Source: Octopus sinensis (Eukaryota). Taken from it: a stretch of DNA of 64,000 nt. Under the pieces are notes generated by a model. That model saw only the letters and a program-made list of their open reading frames with translations, was not told where the DNA came from and made no database searches. Made by a program: the position numbers and the translations under genes. The stretch is from contig NC_043005.1 of the NCBI RefSeq assembly GCF_006345805.1, forward strand, positions 11,532,001 through 11,596,000. Reading direction: 5' to 3'. Shown one piece after another: positions 24,517 through 36,885 of this stretch (position 1 is the stretch's first letter; every line of letters begins with the position of its first letter).

Positions 24517-27084
24517 GAGCAAAAGTGGGAGGGTGTCAATGTAGAAGATATAAGATCTGCTCTCAGGAGGTCAAGCAAATGGAAGTCTCCAGGAAAGGAT
24601 AAAATTCCTAACTTCTGGCTGAATGCCTTCCCAGAGAGCCATGAACTGCTAACAGAACTGTACAATGATGTTTTGCAACACCCTAGTAGGATGCCTCCTT
24701 GGCTAGTTAATGGGTTAACATTCCTGCTTCTAAAAAGTGAAGAAACAAATGAACCAAAAAACTATAGACCCATAACCTGCTTAACAACTATGTACAAAAC
24801 GCTAACATCTGTCCTGACGGAATATACTATAGTTTTTTAACAGACAGCAGCATATTCCCTAATGAACAGAAAGGATGTAAACGTGGATCCTACGGCTGTA
24901 AAGACCAACTACTCATCAATAAGATGATCTTAGAAGATTGTCATAAACGACACAAAAACTTATCAATAGCCTGGATAGACTATAAAAAGGCTTTTGATAG
25001 CCTACCACATAGCTGGATTAGGAAATGCCTGGAAATGTATAAGATAGCACCTACTTCTTGACTGTAAGTATGAGATCACGTAGAACCACACTAACTCTGA
25101 ACAGTGACAATGACTCCCTAAATGCTGGTGATGTAAAAATTTCATGTGGCATTTTCCAAGGTGACTCACTGTCACCACTCCTCTTTTGTTTATCCTTAAT
25201 ACCTCTCTCAAAGCTGCTCAATGACGCGCAGTACGGGTATAAAATGTTTGATAAAAATATAAATCATTTCATTTACATGGATGATTTAAAGCTTTTTGCA
25301 AAAAATGACCAACAACTCAAGGGCTTACTAGCGATAGTCAAACAATTCAGTGACGACATCAGAATGCAATTCGGCCTCGATAAATGTGCAAAAGCTACCT
25401 TTATCAAAGGAAAATGACAGAAACATCTAACGTTAACCTTGACCAGCAGAATGTCATAAAAGAACTAGACCCAGCGGAGAGCTACAAGTACCTAGGGGTA
25501 ATTGAAGGGAACGGAATAAGGCATTCAGAGATGAGGGAAAGGATCAGGAGAGAATGCTATCGAAGAGTGAGAGCAATACTCAAGACAGAGCTGAATGCAA
25601 GAAACAGGATCGAAGCGATCAATGCATTAGCCATACCAGTCGTGACGTACAGTTTCAATATTGTTAACTGGTCAATTACTGAAATATGTCAGCTCGACAG
25701 AAAAATAAGGAGACTGTTGACAATGCATAGAATGCACCACCCTAAGGCAGATACAGAACGACTCTATCTGCCAAGAAAAGAGGGAGGCCGTGGTCTTTTG
25801 CAACTGGCAATAACAATGAAGATTGCTACAATTGGCCTAGACACCTACCTGAAAAACTCTGAGGACTTGATGTTAAAACTTGTCTCAAAACATGAAAACA
25901 AGAAAGCATCATACTCAGTCACAAAACAGGCAAAGGAATATCTAAGTGAATTCCGAATACAACCAATTTCGGAATTAGAGATAGACATACAAGAAACAAG
26001 CACAGAAAAAGCTAGGCGCATGAAAACCCGTGCCAAAACTGCGGCCTTAGATATTCGGAATAATAAATGGCAAGAAAAACCTCTCTATGGCAAATACCCA
26101 AAGAGAGCGAATAATGCAGATATCGACAATGCCCTGACCCATCAATGTCTAATGGCCTCTGGCTTAAAATCTGAAACAGAGGGGTTTATCATAGCAGCTC
26201 AAGATCAATGCCTACCAACAAGAAACTACCAGGCCAACATATTAAAGAACGGCAGTAGCCCAACATGTCGTGTATGCCGACAACAAAATGAAACCATTGA
26301 TCATGTTGTCTCCAAATGCAGTCTTCTAGCGCCTACAGAGTACCTCAATAGGCATGATAGAGCTGCACAATATATTCACTGGGTAATTTGCAAAAACCTG
26401 GATTTGCCCCATGAAAAAAACTGGTGGGAACACAATCCACCTCCAGTGCTTGAAAATGACCACATCTCACTCCTCTGGAACTTCACCATTCAAACTGACA
26501 GGAAGATAGATGCAAATAGGCCAGACATCATATTGAAAGACTTCAGACAAAGAATATGCCTCCTCATTGATATGACTGTCCCAATCGATATAAACGTATC
26601 TGTCAAGACCTACCAAAAACTGAGCAAATATAAAAATCTTGAAATAGAAATCAGCAAAATGTGGAAGCTGAAGACTAAAACAATACCTGTTGTCATAGGT
26701 GCCCTGGGAATGATAGCGAAAGGGACTGATTGCTACCTGACTCAGATACCAGGAAACCCCAAAATGGCAGAAATTCAAAAGATAGTGCTCATGGGAACTG
26801 CTCATATCCTACGCAAAATACTCTCTATGTAATCCCAAGGTTTAAAACAAAGTTTTTTTAATTTTAATTTTAATTTTTTATTTTTTTAAAAATTTAATTT
26901 TAAAAAAAGATTTTTTTTTAAAATTTTATTTTTATGTATTAGACATTCACTAGTACAACACCAAAAAAAAAAAAAAAAAAAGCCCCAAATATATGGCACA
27001 GAACTTCCAACCTGTTGTCTCTTGAGGTCTCTGGTTGAGACTTGGAGCCAACTTGTACAGACATAAAGCAAAAGTCAAACATAG
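24517..27084 (+). mobile_element. 5'-truncated Dong/R4-clade non-LTR retrotransposon (RT, CCHC, restriction-like endonuclease) inserted in (TAA)n
   Basis: Motifs [52 protein letters not shown] and RPDII..IDMTVP..KY. Frame breaks near 25050 and 25410, stop at 26832. (TAA)n/(GAA)n on the left, (TAA)n on the right. Confidence 0.92.
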
Positions 27085-27109
27085 AATAATAATAATAATA
27101 ATAATAATA

Positions 27110-27158
<49 letters not shown>

Positions 27159-27176
27159 AATATATAAATATATGAC

Positions 27177-27625
27177 CTGACGATGTACCAGGCAGTGGCT
27201 GTCATGGCTTGTGATATCAACTGATTGGAAGTGTTATCATGTACATTGTTTTGTCTTGGTATAAAAGATGGGCTACAGCAAATATTCTGCTCAATACCAC
27301 AGATTTGCTTATCAGTTGTTTGACCTTAACTAGTTGATTATGTTCTTTAGTGGTTGGCGATATGTGCATCTCTGATCACGTACAGAGGTAGTGGGGGAAC
27401 ATCATAGCCATATGTCGAGAGGAATTCTTTGGTGCTTTGAATAATTCACATTTGGAAATATGGATGTTTCGTTCAACATCCTTAGACAAATCTTGTTCAG
27501 GGACATTTTGAGCGGGACAGGCTACTCGACCAGAAGAAAATTATAACTGGGTCCCACCTGCAAGGTAATGCGCTGTTTACTTTGGTCTGAGATCACCATG
27601 TCGTGCATATATGGTTGTGATGCAT
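27177..27625 (+). mobile_element. Repeat family D (probable 3' region of a second TAA-targeting retroelement)
   Basis: Homologous to 60820-61350 (+) and 59546-59822 (-). All copies abut (TAA)n/(AAC)n tracts. Confidence 0.65.
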
Positions 27626-27655
27626 AACAATAACAACAACAATAACAACAACAAC

Positions 27656-27704
<49 letters not shown>

Positions 27705-27745
27705 TAATAGTAATAGTAATAGTAATAATAATAATACAACTGGAA

Positions 27746-28100
27746 TTAGATATTCTTACTGATAAATGGCAAGAAACACCTCTCAATGGCAAATACCCAA
27801 AGAGAGCTAATAGTGCCAGTGTCGACAATGTCCTTACCCTTCAATTGTTAGTGTCTCCTAGCTTAAAATCAGAAAGAGAAGGGTTTATCATAGCAGCCAA
27901 ATATCAATGCCTACCAACAAGGAACTACCAGGCCAACATATTAAAGAACGACAGTAGCCCAACCTGTCGTGTATGCAAAACAACAAAATGAAACCATTGA
28001 TAATGTTGTCTCCACGTGCAGCCTTCTTGCGCCAGCAGAGTATCTCAACGGACATGATAGAGAAGCACAGTATATTCACTGGGTAATTTGCAAAAACCTA
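27746..28100 (+). pseudogene. Second Dong/R4 fragment (zinc knuckle region)
   Basis: KWQETPLNGKYPKRAN..PTCRVCK..YIHWVICKNL is paralogous to 26065-26400. Confidence 0.85.
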
Positions 28101-28539
28101 AACGACTCTCTGTTTGTCTCTCTCTCTCTCTCACTTTTACTTGATCTGTCCCCTTCTCTCTCTTTTCTCTCTACTCATCCTCTTTTTCTCTTCTCTTTCC
28201 TTTGATTCTTTGGTCTAATCTTCCCCTACCCTCCTATTTCTTTGTCTCGCTCTGCATTCACAGGTCAATCTTCGACACCCATCCCTTCTCCTCTCTGATT
28301 CCTTCTTTCTCTCTCTTCTCTCTCTTTGTTGCGTTTGTCCCTCCTCTCTCTCTCTCTCTCTTCCTTTGCTTCTCTTTCTTTTCTTTTCTCTCTTCTCTGT
28401 CACGTGACTGCTGGCCGAAATCTGCCTTTCAGCTTCTCACCAGCGCCGTGTTAACATCGTTGTTTTTCGTCCGCCGCTATAGGCATCGCCGATAAGGCTC
28501 CTTTCCAATGCGCCAGAGAAAAAAAAAAAAAAAAAAAAT

Positions 28540-28895
28540 TTGTTTGCTTGTTTTCACCGTTAATGCTTCTGTATTTCATGTTTCTGTATTCCATTATTGT
28601 TTTTTGTTTTTTTATATTCGTCCCTTTTGCTGTCCTGGTGTTCGTATGCATTCGATCCTTCTTCCAGGAAATCTACGCTCCCAGCTTAGTTTTTCTAATG
28701 CTCGTTGCTTAGTTTTTCTTGGAGGGCTGGCCGTGATCTAGTAATCTCAAGATTAATCAGCCGAAATTACTACGATGATCCGGTTCTTGACTGAAGACTG
28801 AGGGTTTCGAATGTCCTGGCCGTGTTTATTGTATCGTCTTCTAAGAGTTATACGTTCTTGTCCATGTTGTATTTTTCTACATACCTTTACATATA
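28540..28895 (+). mobile_element. Repeat family P (TA-abutting, PLE-terminus-like), copy 1
   Basis: Reverse-complement homolog at about 32200-32520. Both copies end at (TA)n and contain hammerhead-like core strands. Confidence 0.65.
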
Positions 28896-28985
28896 TATAT
28901 ACATATATATATATATGTGCGTGTGTGTATTTCAAATGATTATATACTTATGCATTATGTATGTATCTATCTATGTATCTCTCTC

Positions 28986-29052
<67 letters not shown>

Positions 29053-29075
29053 TAAATATATATATATACATAAAT

Positions 29076-29695
29076 TAAATTAATCAAAATAAAAACATGA
29101 TGCCAAGGATTCAGCGGTACATATGTTTCGGGCCTTTATTAGACGGATTTATAACAATGCATAATGTGTGTCTATGGCCTTCTTCAGCCGCGCACAACTA
29201 CTACCTCAAGGACATGTATTACATCAAAAATTCTACGTTGGGGATGCAAATCCTCTCATTCGCGTACGACATAATGCGGCAACAGCATAAAAATGAAGCG
29301 TCCATCTCGTCCTTCTCTCAATGTAGAATGAGGAAGTTTGGATGTTGAGGTAATATAAATAAATGAATAAATAAATATATACATATATAAAATACAGACA
29401 GACGTGAAGGAACCTGGTAATAAGAGCAAATAGGGATAAAGATGGAGGGGCGAGAATTCAGGACGAAGGATAAAAAAAATATATAAAAAGTGTAAGTATA
29501 TAAAAATATAAAAATGTAGAGTATAAAGATATAAAGAGATATAAAAAAATATTAAAAAATATAAATGAATATAAGAAGAATATAAGAAGAAGGCCATAGA
29601 CACACATTATGCATTGTTATAAATCCGTCTAATAAAGGCCCGAAACATATGTACCGCTGAATCCTTGGCATCATGTTTTTATTTTGATTAATTTA
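29076..29695. mobile_element. Fold-back PLE-like cassette with 110-bp inverted arms
   Basis: Arms 29076-29185 and 29586-29695 are reverse complements. The left arm abuts (TA)n. Confidence 0.75.
29114..29191 (-). ncRNA. Type I hammerhead motif with extended stem II
   Basis: gcgg CTGAAGA a-ggcc-a-tagac...gtcta-ataaa-ggcc-c GAAAC atat GTA ccgc. Palindromic stem III ACATATGT. Confidence 0.8.
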
Positions 29696-29838
29696 CTCCA
29701 CCACCTACACCACCAAACGGTATATACAGGTGCTTATAATTATCAAGTACTCACCCTGAATTTCTATATATATACATACATACATACATACATACATACA
29801 TACATACATACATACATACATACATACACGCACACATT

Positions 29839-29870
<32 letters not shown>

Positions 29871-29874
<4 letters not shown>

Positions 29875-30438
29875 AAGTAGTAGCTGAAAATGCAATGAAA
29901 ATATTTAATATATTTCATTATTATTATTATATTTAAAGATTTAACCGGTTTCACAGTTTACACTGATTTTTAAAAAAATTGAAAGAAACAGACGTGGCTT
30001 ATGTCGCAGCTGTTTCGCTTCTGACTAGTGTTTGAATCTGGCATGGTTTTTATAGGTAGTTCATGACTGAAATTAGTATGTTTTGAATATTCAGAGCATC
30101 GATTGTTCAGTCAACCGTAACAGCCTTAACTTACGACGATAAACATTTTCATTTGATACCAACATATGGACGTAGCGGGGAATTTACAGACATTTCTAAG
30201 ACCAGCCATGTGAATATTCTCTACCAATAAAAACTCATTCAAAACACATACTATTTTGAGCCATGGAGTCCCTAAAAAAGTAGGGCAAGCTTCAAACACT
30301 AGTCAGAAGCAAAACAGCTGCGACGTTTTTCTATTTCAGATTTTTGAAAATCAATGTAATTGAAACCGGTTCAATCTCTAACTATGATAATAAAACATAT
30401 ACTAGCTATTCTCAGTGCATTTTCAACTTCTGTTTTTC
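29871..30438. mobile_element. Diverged fold-back cassette next to (TA)n
   Basis: 30003-30036 and 30291-30324 are near-perfect inverted copies; the arms extend about 200 bp. Confidence 0.6.
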
Positions 30439-31019
30439 CTATATTTTATTCGTACCCGTGTGTAATCAAATAAATTCATATACGCGTTTGTATAATATAT
30501 AAACCTATGTGTGTACGAGTATAGGCAAGACTGTTTATACGACTAGGTACGTATGTATGCCTAAATTTACCATTTTACATAATATTTATATAAAATCTGG
30601 TGAGTACAAGCAAATATTTTGGCTTTTTCAAGGGATGTTATTCAGTCCAGACCTCGTGGCAGCACACTGGTCATGTGGCATAACGTACTGGAGGGGGCAG
30701 AAGAATTAATTTGATGTTCAACAGTCAGGTATGTAAATCATATATATATATATATTCATATACATATGTATGTAAGTATCTATGTATGTATATATATATA
30801 GATGTCTTTTTCCATACGCGAGAGAGAGAGAGAGAGAGAGAGAGAGGGGGCAGGGAAATAGGGGAGAGAGGAAGGGTGAGAAGGAGGTAGCAGGATAGAT
30901 ATTTCGATAAAATGATACATATGCATATATATTTTTTCAACTCATAATTTTACCACGTGTTGTATACTGAATCTCCAGTAGTTTTACTCGTTTTATATTT
31001 TTATATTTCTACTATATAT

Positions 31020-31062
<43 letters not shown>

Positions 31063-31292
31063 AATATATATGTGTGTGTGTGTGTATGCATATATATATG
31101 TATACATATATGTATAAAGATATATATAATATATAATATAATATGGTATAATATATATATTACATCTATATGTGTGTGTAGCGCGCGCGTTTATGCGTAT
31201 GCGTACGTACATAACTATGTATATATAATGAGAAATGACATTAATTCCAATCAACATGCCGCCATCATTCACCAGCTATGGGAAAAAAGACG

Positions 31293-31402
<110 letters not shown>

Positions 31403-31499
31403 CATAAATGTCTATCTATGTTTTTATCTAAGTATCTACCTATTCCGCTCCCTCCTTCTCACCCTTTCTCTTTCTCATGTTTCTCTCCCCCCACTCTGT

Positions 31500-31536
<37 letters not shown>

Positions 31537-32164
31537 TATATGTATATATGCATATATGTATATGTAAATATATACCTAAGTATAAACATACGTTTGGGTA
31601 TGTATATGAGTGGGAGAGAGCGTGAGAGAAAGAAAGAGAGAGTGAGAGAGAGACACACAGACAGAGCAAGATAACTTGCATAAAACAACATTTAATAAAC
31701 TTATAATTATTCTAAACATAAATGTATATTCAGGGTTATTTTTTTCCCAATATAACTTCTGGATGTTCGACTCCTGCAGTGAGTTTGCGGGTCTGGCGAT
31801 GGCTTCCTCTCGCAAGTTTAGGTGTCATTCGGCTTCGGTGCAATTGGTGCATCACATGCACTTGAAAACAGACGCACATGCGTATGTAGTTATGTATGCA
31901 TATATTTAAATGCGTTCGGGCGCGTGTGTGTGGACACATGCGCGAGGGCGTGGGTTTCTGCTTATTTGAGCATAATTCACTCCCATCCTTTTCCCCACTG
32001 CCGGTCTGAAAAATGGTCATGGTCGATGCTTTCTCTCTCTGGGATACAACACCTACCCACGTACACACAATCACAGACACGCACGCACGCATGTATTTTG
32101 GTGTGAGAGAAAGAGAAAGGCAATGCTCGTGATAATTTGCTTTTCATTGAATACCGTGTGTAAA

Positions 32165-32199
<35 letters not shown>

Positions 32200-32204
<5 letters not shown>

Positions 32205-32520
32205 GTAAAAGTAAAGAAATATACAAACTGGGACAAGAACGTGAAACATTTAGAAGACGACACAATAAACACGGACGGGACATTCGAAGCCCTCAATCAT
32301 CAGTCAAGAACCGGATCATCTTCGCAATTTCGGCTGATTAATCTTGAGATTGCTCTGATCTGGGCAGACCCCAAGGGAAATCTAGGCCAAGCGCATTAGA
32401 TTCCTTGGAAGAAAGCCTCGAAAGTATACAACACAGGGACGGAAAACGGACGATGTTACACGAATAAAAATACAAAAATACGTAAAAACAATAATGATAA
32501 CACGAATAAAAATACAAACT
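32200..32520 (-). mobile_element. Repeat family P, copy 2
   Basis: ORFs 32123-32341 (+) and 28753-28935 (-) are visibly homologous (RRHNKHGRDIRSPQSSVKNRII vs RRYNKHGQDIRNPQSSVKNRII). Confidence 0.7.
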
Positions 32521-32577
32521 AATAATGGTAAGGATAACAACAAAACCAGGACGTCAGGACAAGCGTCTTTTCGACAG

Positions 32578-32608
<31 letters not shown>

Positions 32609-32821
32609 TATATATATATATAAGGACAATGATCGTGAAACATGCGTGTCTCTAGATGCAGGCCTGGCTGCTGGGGGTGTTTGTCTCCCCTTCGTAAATG
32701 TATATAAGGACAGAGGAAAAATGTGTCGAAGCCAGCAGGAAGCGTCGATGGTTCCTAGGGCTAAACAGCGGTGGTGTAACACCCTACTGTCACGTTCACG
32801 TTAGATTGACAGTATACAACC

Positions 32822-32860
<39 letters not shown>

Positions 32861-32934
32861 AAGGGTAAAATGAAACCCAAGTGGTCTGCGCGGAAATAGA
32901 ACCTCATAAGTAAATTTTATAAATATTTTATAAT

Positions 32935-33193
32935 TATATGCATAATTATAACAAGGGCTTGGCTTGTACCTCCACACGCGCTGAAAAATAGACGTCAAAA
33001 GACACTTTTACCACCATGAATTCTCCGAGAAAAACGAACTACATAATAGGCTAGTAGAAGAAATAAAATGAATTAAAAGTTTGATTAACCGCGTACATGT
33101 GATTTTCTGGGAGAATTTATGGTGGTAATAGTGTCTTTTGACGTCTATTTTTCAGTGCTTATTGAAGCACAAGCCAAGCCCTTGTTATGGTTA

Positions 33194-33200
<7 letters not shown>
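32935..33200. mobile_element. Fold-back cassette in (TA)n
   Basis: Arms at about 32935-33033 / 33103-33200 (ataacaagggcttggcttgt vs acaagccaagcccttgttat). Confidence 0.7.
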
Positions 33201-33248
<48 letters not shown>

Positions 33249-33392
33249 GTATATATGTATGTACATATAAGGGAGAGAGAGAGAAACAGAAAGAAACAGA
33301 GAGTTAAACACACACAATCAGTCACATGCACTCATATACTCACACGCACAGATATATACAGCCGGTCCCTCAAAATGTATCAATAGATATTG

Positions 33393-33745
33393 ATTAGGTT
33401 GTCAAAAAAGTTTCGTTAAATTTTCGTTAAATTACTTTGACTTTATCATTTTAAAGCCCGTTTATCGTTCTATCCAATCATGTTTCTCTTTTTCTTTTTG
33501 AATACTTAGACCATTTTTTTCATGAACGTTGAATAGAACATGGACAAAAAGCAAATTCGCACACATCACTTCAAATTAGCCACATCACTCCAAACTGTCC
33601 AAATTGGAAAGTGTGTGCATCATCTACACATCTTGCCAAGTACCACTTGAGAAACTTCACTTCGATCTGATTGGTTCTATTGAGATCATAATCTATTCTA
33701 ATAACTTTTCCGATGCCACCGCCTAAAATGCGGCGAACATTTTAT
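33393..33745 (+). mobile_element. Degenerate mariner remnant
   Basis: TIR-like attaggttgtcaaaaaagtttcg and ATG-initiated MDKKQIR at 33540, resembling a mariner N-terminus. Confidence 0.4.
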
Positions 33746-33879
33746 TTTGAAATTCCTTTCGATCGACTTGTTTCTTAAATGTAGGCAATACATTCCTAGT
33801 ATGTTTTTCTTGCTTTATAGGTCTTCCCTATGTGCGCAGTCTTCTAGAACATTTCTTGTTGGCATTCCTGATATGTACC

Positions 33880-34295
33880 TATTTTTTTATTACTCACAAG
33901 GGGCTAAACATAGAGGGGACAAACAAGGACAGACAAACGGATTAAGTCGATTACATCGACCCCAGTGCGTAACTGGTACTTAATTTATCGACCCTGAAAG
34001 GATGAAATGTAAAGTCGACCTCGGCGAAATTTGAACTCACAACGTAACGGCAGACGAAATACCTATTTCTTTACTACCCACAAGGGGCTAAACACAGAGG
34101 GGACAAACAAGGACAGACATAGGTATTAAGTCGATTACATCGACCCCAGTGCGTAACTGGTACTTATTTAATCGACCCTGAAAGGATGAAAGGTAAAGTC
34201 GACCTCGGCGGAATTTGAACTCACAACGTAACGGCAGACGAAATACCGCTAAGCATTTCACCCGACGCGCTAACGTTTCTGCGAGCTCTCCGCCT
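33880..34295 (-). mobile_element. Dimeric SINE family C with 16-bp TSD
   Basis: Two core-plus-tail units flanked by attcctgatatgtacc at 33864-33879 and 34297-34312. Confidence 0.9.
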
Positions 34296-34546
34296 TATTC
34301 CTGATATGTACCGTCTGCTTCAAACCTATCTCGAATTCGATTGACAGTAAGATATATTGCCGGATCTCTTTGAAATTCCCTTTTAAATGGTCTTCAACTG
34401 TATTTCTAGAAAATTCCAGTTGCACTTTACCGTAAATCCCTAGTTTTGTCTGGCTCACTTCATTATTTCTAATGGTTCAAATCTAAAAAAAGGATAGGTG
34501 AGTTATTAGGTGTGAAAGTGTGTATACATTATTTTTTTGCAACATC

Positions 34547-34620
<74 letters not shown>

Positions 34621-34688
34621 CTCTCTCTCTCTCTATCTATCTATCTCTCTCTCTCTCTCTATCTATCTACCTACTATCTATCTATCTA

Positions 34689-34791
<103 letters not shown>

Positions 34792-35055
34792 GTGACCTCG
34801 TGAGTACCGCCAGCGATTTTTCCTCTGTCTTCCCTTCTCTGGATCTTTCCTTCTCCTATGTTTTCGACGAAGAGCTCGCTCGAAAACGATTCCCCCTTCT
34901 TCCTTCTTTCCTGAGCGGCCAATAATACTTTATTTGTTCCACGTCCTCGCGTTGCTGTGTTTTTTTTGTTTTTTTTTTGTGTTTTCCCTTGTTTGGATTA
35001 AACCTATATATATTATATATAATATATACCATATACCACACACACACACATATAT

Positions 35056-35898
35056 GTATCCGCACTGTTGCCATAGTAACAAAGCTAAAACGTGAAGTGT
35101 GAAGCCGCTTGACAAAAATCGACCTTGAACGCTAGTGTGCATGCGCAGTACGTTTTAGCTTTCTAACCTCCTTTCAGCTGTTTACTGCAGTGCTTCGAAG
35201 GAAGGTGTGTAGCGTGTGATCATCGCAATGGCCATGACAGAGAAAGTTATCGTGGCGACACCCGTTCAGAGGCCTACACGAAGTGTCGAATGTGCTTGAC
35301 TAGGAGTTTATGAGCCGCAGACGTTTCCAAAATGGTTGAATAATGTTCTGGGAGTCCTGAAACCAGCAGAACTGAGGAAAACATCGCAGATTTTCGTGCA
35401 GCTTTGAGGGGAAATCGTCGAATCGCCATCCGTGAGTTCTGAGAGGAAGTGTAGATTAGTTACGGTGAAGTTTACTCTATTATCACTGAAGATTTAGGTA
35501 TGTGACACGTGTCTGCCTTGTTTGTACCAAAACTGTATTCAGCTGACCAAAAAGACACTTGTTTTCAGTTGCACAAGATCTCCTTGATTGTATCGAGAAC
35601 GATGGAAACTTTCTGAAAACTTTGCCTAGGACTCTGAGCAGATATCGCCAAGCTTTTGGCTAAATTTGATGCAGGTTCGCTGCTCAAAATACTCTCTCAT
35701 GGTCAATGCAATGATCACACACGACACACTTTCCGTCCAAGTACTTCTGTAAACAGCGGAATTGAGCTACAACGTTAAAAAATTAGTACACATGCACAGC
35801 AGAGTTGAAGGTCAATATGTGCCAAGCGGCTTTACACTGCTGCGTGCTTTAGCTTCGTTACTGTGGCAACAGTCCGGATAGTTATAGGTCAGACTAAG

Positions 35899-35900
<2 letters not shown>
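35056..35900. mobile_element. Mariner M1-derived fold-back MITE made of two inverted 5' ends
   Basis: The left part matches about 10030-10520. The right part (about 35620-35900) is the reverse complement of the same 5' end. Confidence 0.75.
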
Positions 35901-35930
<30 letters not shown>

Positions 35931-35986
35931 TAGTGAATTTAAGATTAATCTGCAACAAGATTATTCATCTTTCTATTTCACATAAT

Positions 35987-36046
<60 letters not shown>

Positions 36047-36064
36047 TGTGTGTGTGGTGTGTAT

Positions 36065-36443
36065 TGTGGCACTCCGTCGGTTACGACGACGATGAATCCA
36101 GTTGATCCGATAAACGGAACAGTCTGTTCGTGAAATTCACATGCAAGTGGTTGAGCACTCCACAGCCACGTGTACCCTTAAAGTAGATCTCAGAGAGATT
36201 CAGCGTGGCACAGAGTGTGACAAGGTTGGCCTTTTGGAATACAGGTATAACAGAAACAGGAAGAAAGTGTGAGAGGAAATTGTTGTGGTGAAAAAGTACA
36301 GCAGGATTCGCCACCACCCGCTGCCGGAGCCTTGTAGAGCTTTAGGTGTTTTCGCTGCACAAGCGCTCACAACGCCCGGTTTGGGAATCGAAACCGTGAT
36401 CCGCGCGCCCGCAGCCCTAACCACTGGGCCATTGCACTTTCAC
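36065..36443 (-). mobile_element. SINE family B
   Basis: Reverse complement of 7275-7659. Confidence 0.85.
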
Positions 36444-36485
36444 ACACACACACACACACACACACAAATACACACACATATATAT

Positions 36486-36885
36486 ACTCTCTTTTACTCT
36501 TTAGTCGAGCAAATTGCCCCCAGGGCTTATTCTTTGTAAGCCTAGTACTTACTCTATCGGTCTCTCTATCGGCCGAACCGCGAAGCTATGGAGACAGAAG
36601 CACACCAGCATCGGTTGTCAAGCGATGTTGGGGGCGGGGACAAACACAAACACACAAACTTATACACACACATACATACATATATGAATATATATATATA
36701 TATACATATATATATACATATATACACACACATATATACGACGGGCTTCTTTCAGTTTCTGTCTACCAAATCCACTCACAAGGCTATAGTAGAAGACACT
36801 TGCCCAAGATGCCTTGCAGTGGGACTGAACCCGAAACCAAGTGGTTGGTAAGCAAGTTACATACCACACAGCCACTCCTTCGCCT
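36486..36885 (-). mobile_element. SINE family A
   Basis: Reverse complement of 2837-3248, with small deletions. Confidence 0.85.
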
